This document shows positions 58,534 through 64,000 of a DNA stretch of 64,000 nt, piece by piece. Numbering within the stretch: the stretch's first letter is position 1; each line of letters opens with the position of its first letter. This DNA comes from a bacterium (GTDB lineage: Bacteria > Patescibacteriota > Minisyncoccia > Phycocordibacterales > UBA9973), in the NCBI GenBank assembly GCA_037130655.1, contig JBAXSP010000001.1, positions 101,830 to 165,829 of the forward strand, written 5' to 3'. The notes under the pieces are model-generated. The model did not search any database. It was not told the DNA's origin and saw only the letters and a program-made list of their open reading frames with translations. Made by a program: the position numbers and the translations under genes.

Positions 58534-59106
58534 ATGAAAAACGCAATTATTGTTCATGGAATGCCGAACAAAGAAGAGTTTGAAAAGAATGGCATATTCA
58601 AACATTGGCTTCCGTGGATTAAAACCGAATTAGAAACAAAAGGAGTCGGTGTAACAATTCCAGAAATGCCGACACCGTATGCTCCGATATATGAAGCGTG
58701 GAAAGAAGTGTTTGAACAATTCCCTCTCACTGAAGAAACAATATTGATTGGACATAGTTATGGAGCAGGATTTCTTTTGAGATACTTATCTGAGAACAAC
58801 GTCTCTGTTGGCAAGGTTGCGTTGGTTGCGCCATGGATTGATCCTGATGGATACTTAGCAACACTATCGCTTCCGAATTCATTTGATTTCACCCCCGACA
58901 ATAATCTTGTAGAAAAAACAAAAGGAGTAACGGTGTTTTGTTCAGAAGACGATGATGAATATATTTTGGAAAGTGTCAGACAAATCAAAGCAACATACAC
59001 TGGTTTTGATTACAAAGAATTCACCGATCGTGGACATTTCACCACTGAACCTGGATATGATAATGATACGTTTCCGGAACTACTCCGAGTAATTACCAAT
59101 GACTAA
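58534..59106 (+). CDS. serine hydrolase of the YdeN/RBBP9 alpha/beta-hydrolase family
   Basis: 190 aa; GHSYGAG nucleophile elbow, catalytic Asp/His candidates; last codons (ITND-TAA) encoded by repeat copy 5 arm. Confidence 0.75.
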   Translation: MKNAIIVHGMPNKEEFEKNGIFKHWLPWIKTELETKGVGVTIPEMPTPYAPIYEAWKEVFEQFPLTEETILIGHSYGAGFLLRYLSENNVSVGKVALVAPWIDPDGYLATLSLPNSFDFTPDNNLVEKTKGVTVFCSEDDDEYILESVRQIKATYTGFDYKEFTDRGHFTTEPGYDNDTFPELLRVITND

Positions 59107-59198
59107 TGACCAAGGACTAATAAAAATAATAAAATAAAAGATGCGGACCGAAGGTCCGCATCTTTTATTAGTCACTAGTAATTGGTCACTGGTCATTA
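59091..59198. repeat. palindromic intergenic element copy 5
   Basis: AATTACCAATGACTAATGACCAAGGACTAAT ... AAGATGCGGACCGAAGGTCCGCATCTT ... TAGTCACTAGTAATTGGTCACTGGTCATTAT; between convergent hydrolase and pyrG. Confidence 0.75.
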
Positions 59199-59203
59199 TT
59201 TTT

Positions 59204-60862
59204 TTATTTCTTTTTTCTGTGTTCCGTAGACGCTTTGATGAAAGCAGAGAATACTGGATGTGGAGCAAGTGGTCGTCCTTTGAATTCTGGATGAAATTGT
59301 ACGCCAATCATAAAAGGATGAATACTTGTCGGCAACTCGGCAATTTCACAAAGTGACCCATCGGGAGATTTTCCAGAGAATATAAGTCCTGCTTTTTCGA
59401 GTTGTTCTACATAGTGTGGATTGACTTCGAATCGATGTCGGTGACGTTCTGAAATAGTTGTTTGCTTGTAGGCATTGTATGCAAGTGTTCCCTTTTTCAA
59501 AACTGCTTCATATGCACCGAGTCGCATTGAGCCACCATACCGATTTTCATCCATGAGCGATTTCTGATGTTCCATAATATCAATAACAAGATGCTTTGAT
59601 TTTGGATCAACTTCACGAGTATGTGCATCTTTCCATCCAAGCACATTGCGTGCGTATTCGATGACCATAAGTTGCATTCCATAACAAATACCGAAATATG
59701 GAATATTATTTTTGCGACAATATTCAATCACTTTCAATTTGCCGTCGACACCACGAGAACCAAATCCTCCTGGCACAAGCACCCCGTCGTAATCACTAAG
59801 CTTTTTTAATTTCTTTGCATCCTTTTCAAAATCAAGCGCGTTGACCCATTCGAGCACTGGACGTTTCTTTTGTGCATAACAAGAATATTTGAGTGATTCA
59901 ATCACTGACAAATATGAATCTGACAACGTGAAGTCTCCCGTATCAAAATATTTTCCGATGATGGCGATACGAACTTCGTCCTTCAATCCTTTTGTACTTT
60001 TGACAAACTTTTGCCATTCTTTTGGTTGTTTGTTTTCGGTTGGAATTTTGACGCCAAGTGTATTCAAGATGCGATCACCAAATAATTCTTTTTCAAAGTT
60101 GAGTGGAATGTCATAGACACTGTCTACATCTGGTGCAGAAATAACATTATCTTTTGGTACGTTACAAAAGAGTGCGATTTTTTCTTTGCGAACATCATCA
60201 AGTGGTCGCTCCGCGCGACAAAGAAGAAAATCAGGAAAAATACCAGCCGAGTTCAATGTACGTACGGCGTATTGCGTTGGCTTGGTTTTCATTTCACCGA
60301 CTTTTGATGGAATCGGTAAATATGAGACCATTACTGTTGCGACATCATGTGGAAGTTGTGTTTTCATCATACGAAGTCCTTCAAGGAAAAGCATACTTTG
60401 ATATTCACCAACCGTTCCACCAATTTCAATAATCGTGAAATCAGCTTTTGCATTATGACTTGCCTTCTTGATTCGCTCAATCATTTCCATCGGCACATGC
60501 GGAACCACTTCGACACATTTGCCTTTATAATGCATGGCGCGCTCTTTTTCAATCACCGACAGATAGACACGACCCGTTGTCATATAGTTGATCTTTGTAA
60601 TATCGATATCCAAAAATCGTTCGTAGTTGCCGATGTCTTGATCTGTCTCATCACCATCATCAGTCACAAACACTTCTCCGTGTTCTGTCGGATTCATCGT
60701 ACCCGCATCGACATTGATATACGGATCAATTTTAAGTGCGGTGACTCGAAACCCTTTGTCTTTCAAAATGCGACCTATTGATGCAGCTGCAATTCCTTTT
60801 CCAACGGAAGACATTACACCTCCAACGACGAAGATGTATTTTGTAAGTGGTTCTTTCGGCAT
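59204..60862 (-). CDS. pyrG: CTP synthase
   Basis: 552 aa; N-terminal synthetase domain (VVGGVMSSVGKG) and C-terminal glutamine amidotransferase (GICYGMQ, HPEF). Confidence 0.95.
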   Translation of the reverse strand: MPKEPLTKYIFVVGGVMSSVGKGIAAASIGRILKDKGFRVTALKIDPYINVDAGTMNPTEHGEVFVTDDGDETDQDIGNYERFLDIDITKINYMTTGRVYLSVIEKERAMHYKGKCVEVVPHVPMEMIERIKKASHNAKADFTIIEIGGTVGEYQSMLFLEGLRMMKTQLPHDVATVMVSYLPIPSKVGEMKTKPTQYAVRTLNSAGIFPDFLLCRAERPLDDVRKEKIALFCNVPKDNVISAPDVDSVYDIPLNFEKELFGDRILNTLGVKIPTENKQPKEWQKFVKSTKGLKDEVRIAIIGKYFDTGDFTLSDSYLSVIESLKYSCYAQKKRPVLEWVNALDFEKDAKKLKKLSDYDGVLVPGGFGSRGVDGKLKVIEYCRKNNIPYFGICYGMQLMVIEYARNVLGWKDAHTREVDPKSKHLVIDIMEHQKSLMDENRYGGSMRLGAYEAVLKKGTLAYNAYKQTTISERHRHRFEVNPHYVEQLEKAGLIFSGKSPDGSLCEIAELPTSIHPFMIGVQFHPEFKGRPLAPHPVFSAFIKASTEHRKKK

Positions 60863-60874
60863 ATAACGTAAAAA

Positions 60875-61801
60875 TTATTTAGTAAGATATTTTCTAACGG
60901 CCCAAACACTTGAGATTGCCGAGATAATTGCTCCGGCAATCAAAATAATAAAGAAGATTTGAAAAATGTTTGAGATGTAGTAACTAAACAGATTTACTCC
61001 CAAGAAGTCAGAAAGATTACTACCTGCCCAAATGGTGAGCGGAATAAATGCGAGAATAGTAATGAAGGTGCCAATAACACCTGAAAGTAATCCTTCCACA
61101 ATAAATGGACCACGGATATATTTGTTTTCAGCACCAACCAACCGCATCACACCGATTTCTTCACGAGAAGTATAGATTGCAAGACGAATAGTGTTGTACG
61201 TAATCAACACAGACACGAGGGCAAGAATGAGTGTCACCGCAAAACCAAGTTTTTTACCACCATCAATAATCACATTGAGCCTGTCGATAATATCTTTGTT
61301 TTGTGAATAATTGATACGTTCGACACTACCAGTGTACTGTGCCATTGCATCATTTTCACTTTCTAAAAATCGAGCAATACTTTCATATTGACCAGAATCT
61401 TTTGCACGAACATTCAATATTGCACCGAGTGGATTACCGTTCAATTCTGATAACGCTTGTAATGTCACATAGTCATTGGCGTGACGAATACGAAAATCTT
61501 CGAGCGCTTTGTCGCGAGAGACATATTCAACAGAACCAACTTCGGGCAATTGTTCGAGTGATTGTTTGAGTGACAATACTTTCTCTTCCGGTGTATCGGT
61601 AGTCATATACACAGAGATATCAACGCGATTTTTCAAATCAGCGAGCGATGATTGGAGTAGTGCTTGAAAGAGCACGATAAAAGCAATCACTGAAAGCGTA
61701 ATTGTCATCACGAGCACTGAAGCAAGCGAAACGGTACCGTTTCTTCTAAAGTTAAGAATTCCGCCACGAATAATTCTTTTAAATCCAAGTGTGTTTCTCA
61801 T
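60875..61801 (-). CDS. ftsX: cell-division ABC transporter permease FtsX
   Basis: 308 aa; 4 TM helices with large periplasmic loop; downstream of ftsE. Confidence 0.85.
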   Translation of the reverse strand: MRNTLGFKRIIRGGILNFRRNGTVSLASVLVMTITLSVIAFIVLFQALLQSSLADLKNRVDISVYMTTDTPEEKVLSLKQSLEQLPEVGSVEYVSRDKALEDFRIRHANDYVTLQALSELNGNPLGAILNVRAKDSGQYESIARFLESENDAMAQYTGSVERINYSQNKDIIDRLNVIIDGGKKLGFAVTLILALVSVLITYNTIRLAIYTSREEIGVMRLVGAENKYIRGPFIVEGLLSGVIGTFITILAFIPLTIWAGSNLSDFLGVNLFSYYISNIFQIFFIILIAGAIISAISSVWAVRKYLTK

Positions 61802-61807
61802 ATACGA

Positions 61808-62500
61808 TTATTTTTTATTAGTTATTGGATAAGATCCGACTTTTTGATCATTGATAATCTTTCCTTTTTCAAAAGTAATAACACGACGACCAATACTATC
61901 AATCACCTCTTTGTTGTGTGTAGTCAAAATAACAGTTGTTCCTAGGTCGTTGATTTTTTTCAAAATTTGAACGACTTCATAGGCATTTACTGGATCGAGG
62001 TTCCCTGTCGGCTCATCAGCAATAATCACTTCTGGTTGATTGATGATGGCACGAGCGATAGCCAAGCGTTGTTTTTCTCCGCCTGACATTTGATGTGGAA
62101 AATTAAAAATCTTTGTTGTGAGATCAACAAGTTCAAGTACGTGAGGTACATCATTTTGAATTTCTTCATCAGACTTTCCTGAAGCCTCCATTGCAAACGC
62201 AATATTTTCGTACGCATTTTTATTTGCCAACAATTTGAAATCCTGAAAGACCGTACCGATACGACGACGATATTTTGTCACTTCAGTATTTGAAAGTCGG
62301 TGCACATCGATAGATTCGAAATACACAGAACCGTCAGTTGGTTTTTCTTCAGCAAGCAATAATTTTGTCAGTGTTGTTTTACCGGCACCAGAATGTCCGA
62401 TAATACTGACAAACTCACCTTGTTCGATTGAGAGCGTAACATCATCTAATGCCAAAGTACCATCTTGATATACCTTGGACACATTTTCGAATTGAATCAT
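61808..62500 (-). CDS. ftsE: cell-division ABC transporter ATP-binding protein FtsE
   Basis: 230 aa; GHSGAGKTT Walker A, LSGGEKQR signature, IIADEPTGNLD Walker B. Confidence 0.9.
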   Translation of the reverse strand: MIQFENVSKVYQDGTLALDDVTLSIEQGEFVSIIGHSGAGKTTLTKLLLAEEKPTDGSVYFESIDVHRLSNTEVTKYRRRIGTVFQDFKLLANKNAYENIAFAMEASGKSDEEIQNDVPHVLELVDLTTKIFNFPHQMSGGEKQRLAIARAIINQPEVIIADEPTGNLDPVNAYEVVQILKKINDLGTTVILTTHNKEVIDSIGRRVITFEKGKIINDQKVGSYPITNKK

Positions 62501-62508
62501 AGGTATTA

Positions 62509-63396
62509 TTATACCTTCTTTAATGACTCTATCAAACCTTCGATTTCCCCATCTTCGAGAATTGCTCCTACATTTGAAGATTCATAATTGCTTCGTAAAT
62601 CTTTGACCAATTTATATGGATGCAATACATAGTTACGAATTTGATTTCCCCATTCAATATCAGTATTTTTGGCAGTGTGCATACTTTCTACCAAATCTTT
62701 GTGTTCGTCTTCGGCTTTTTTGAATAATTTGCCACGCAACAATTCCATCGCTTTTTCACGATTGGCTTCTTGACTTCGTTCTTCACGAGACGCAGTTGTG
62801 ATACCCGTCGGCTTGTGTGTAATGCGTACAGCAGTTTCTCGTTTGTTCACATTCTGACCTCCAGGACCACCTGCTTTGGTAAAATCAACTTCTACATCTC
62901 TTTCATCAAGTTCTGGCATTGCATGTTTTTCGATTTTTGGAATTACTTCAACTAAGACAAAACTAGTACTGCGTTTTCCTTTTGCGTTGAACGGACTATT
63001 GCGAACAAGTCGGTGTACACCACTTTCGTGTTTCAAACTTCCGTACACATTCTTGCCGGTAATTTCGAGTGTGATATTTTTGAAACCTTTTTGATCATTT
63101 TCACTTTTAGATAAGATAGTTGAAGAAAAATTATTCCGTGCAAAATACTTCTCATACATTTCATACAACATCCGCGCAAAATCTTCTGCGTCGTCCCCGC
63201 CCGCACCAGAGATAATCGACATAATAGCTCCACCGCGATCAAAAGCACCGAATCCTTCTTTCTTGTCTTTCAATTCTTGTAATTCTTTGATGAGTGACTG
63301 TGCCTGATTTTTGTCATTCCAAAAATCTGCACCTGCCATGGCGTTTTCGATTTCTGTAATACGTAGATTGATTTCGTCTGAATTCATTTGAGCCAT
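62509..63396 (-). CDS. prfB: peptide chain release factor 2
   Basis: SPF tripeptide (RNSPFNAKG) and GGQ (GGPGGQNVN) motifs. ORF track ORF extends to 63432 through the tRNA; start MAQ at 63396 overlaps the tRNA by 6 nt, so MNSDEI at 63387 may be the true start. No programmed frameshift needed. Confidence 0.85.
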   Translation of the reverse strand: MAQMNSDEINLRITEIENAMAGADFWNDKNQAQSLIKELQELKDKKEGFGAFDRGGAIMSIISGAGGDDAEDFARMLYEMYEKYFARNNFSSTILSKSENDQKGFKNITLEITGKNVYGSLKHESGVHRLVRNSPFNAKGKRSTSFVLVEVIPKIEKHAMPELDERDVEVDFTKAGGPGGQNVNKRETAVRITHKPTGITTASREERSQEANREKAMELLRGKLFKKAEDEHKDLVESMHTAKNTDIEWGNQIRNYVLHPYKLVKDLRSNYESSNVGAILEDGEIEGLIESLKKV

Positions 63397-63463
63397 TGTC
63401 GGGAATCGAACCCGAGACCTCATTCTTACCATGAATGCGCTCTACCGACTGAGCTACAACGGC
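63391..63463 (-). tRNA. tRNA-Thr (anticodon GGT)
   Basis: Manual fold: acceptor GCCGTTG/CAATGGC, D-arm GCTC-AGTCGGTA-GAGC, anticodon stem CATTC/GAATG with loop ATGGTAA, T-arm TCGGG-TTCGATT-CCCGA. Confidence 0.75.
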
Positions 63464-63560
63464 TGATTTTTCCTACAAAGAAAAATCATGTCGGAAGAAT
63501 TTTTATGGCAAAGCCATATAAAATTTTCCGACTAATTTTCCTCTCATAAATTCGCGTCGA
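63464..63560 (-). promoter_or_regulatory. second copy of the conserved tRNA-Thr upstream leader element
   Basis: CTGATTTTTCCTACAAAGAAAAATCATGTCGGAAGAA identical to 7535-7571; hairpin TATGGCAAAGCCATA vs TTAGGCGAAGCCTGA; shared AATTTTCCGACTAATTTTC. Confidence 0.4.
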
Positions 63561-63722
63561 AAGATTTTTATCAACGAAGTTGTTAAAAATTTTCGACGAA
63601 ATTTTTCTTATAATGAAAGAATATCCCAATACTATAGTATTTTATGGCTTTTTTCAACAACAGGCTTGCTAAAAATACTTTTTACTATATAATGGCAACA
63701 TACTTTAACAGTATAACTCTAT

Positions 63723-63793
63723 CGCGGGTTAGAGGAACGGTACCTCATCAGGCTCATAACCTGGGGAACCCGGTTCGACTCCGGGACCCGCAA
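63723..63793 (+). tRNA. initiator tRNA-fMet (anticodon CAT)
   Basis: C1-A72 mismatch, discriminator A, D-arm GAGG-AACGGTA-CCTC, anticodon stem TCAGG/CCTGG with loop CTCATAA, T-arm CCCGG-TTCGACT-CCGGG; TTGCTA..TATAAT promoter upstream. Confidence 0.7.
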
Positions 63794-63860
63794 CAATTCG
63801 GCAAGTGACATGCCACAGTCTATTGTGTCTATTGCCGAAAATTTGGTATTTTTAAATATT

Positions 63861-63934
63861 GTCGATGTAGCTCAGTTGGTTAGAGCGTAGCACTCATAAA
63901 GCTAAGGTCGGAGGATCGTTCCCTCCCATCGACA
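63861..63934 (+). tRNA. elongator tRNA-Met (anticodon CAT; could be tRNA-Ile2 if lysidinylated) with unusual A54/T58 T-loop
   Basis: Acceptor GTCGATG/CATCGAC, D-arm GCTC-AGTTGGTTA-GAGC, anticodon loop CTCATAA, T-arm GGAGG-ATCGTTC-CCTCC. Confidence 0.7.
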
Positions 63935-63944
63935 CCCCGATGGT

Positions 63945-63972
63945 AAATCAGATGATGACTCATCTGATTTTG
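63945..63972 (+). terminator. terminator hairpin (AATCAGATGA-TGAC-TCATCTGATT) after the tRNA pair
   Basis: 10-bp perfect stem followed by a T-rich tract. Confidence 0.55.
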
Positions 63973-64000
63973 AGGGAACGATGACCTTGAGTTTATCGCG

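Noticed and set aside
28059-59198. Whether the heptamer repeat arrays are CRISPR arrays
   Set aside because: Units are 7 nt with no spacers, arranged as inverted arms around a hairpin, and occur as isolated ~110-bp modules. No cas genes are present. This is not CRISPR.
62509-63432. Longer prfB ORF starting at 63432 ([12 protein letters not shown]...)
   Set aside because: The first 12 codons are the reverse complement of the tRNA-Thr(GGT) gene. Start moved to the first Met after or at the tRNA boundary.
1-64000. Alternative genetic code (UGA as Gly/Trp) as in some reduced-genome lineages
   Set aside because: All large conserved genes (rpoB, rpoC, gyrB, thrS, pyrG) are intact in the standard-code ORF track and an RF2 gene with SPF motif is present.

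Overview
This 64-kb window is a low-GC, gene-dense bacterial chromosome segment with short intergenic regions, mostly TAA stops and many truncated or fused housekeeping proteins. That profile is consistent with a small-genome lineage such as Patescibacteria/CPR (inference). Standard genetic code applies: an RF2 (prfB, SPF motif) is present and all housekeeping ORFs are intact with TGA as stop.

Most of the window is core machinery. From the left: tgt (partial), mreC, mreB, proS, rpsB, tsf, then a tRNA-Thr next to an HNH endonuclease. A thiol-redox/glycosyltransferase cluster follows (MBL hydrolase, CxxC membrane protein, GT2, DsbA). An unusual contiguous rpoB-rpoC-dnaG-rpoD block sits on the minus strand. 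Further right are a truncated rpsP-KH-trmD operon, rnr, a PQQ-propeller protein, an SMC-like ATPase, rnc, a NusB-Nudix fusion, rpmF, thrS, gyrB, a giant tail-fibre-like surface protein, pheS, a four-helix-bundle protein, trhO, a UvrD/RecB-like helicase-nuclease, membrane proteins, tRNA-Gln, a cytochrome-b5 protein, pyrG, ftsX, ftsE, prfB, and tRNA-Thr, tRNA-fMet and tRNA-Met.

The candidates most worth a second look:
- A 1316-aa AT-rich DUF4011-like / Upf1-like SF1 helicase with a C-terminal DUF559 (Vsr-like) endonuclease domain, resembling the single-gene Hhe antiphage family. It is inserted between trmD and rpoB.
- A recurrent ~110-bp palindromic intergenic element family (five copies). Each has heptamer-repeat arms (AATGACY)n flanking a GC hairpin with compensatory stem changes. 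The 7-nt period places stop codons in all frames on both strands.
- A conserved ~80-bp leader shared by the two tRNA-Thr genes.
- A 23S-rRNA-derived fragment in a 500-bp non-coding gap.
- Several unusual fusions: NusB-Nudix, PheS with an FDX-ACB domain, and DoxX with a Cys-rich tail.
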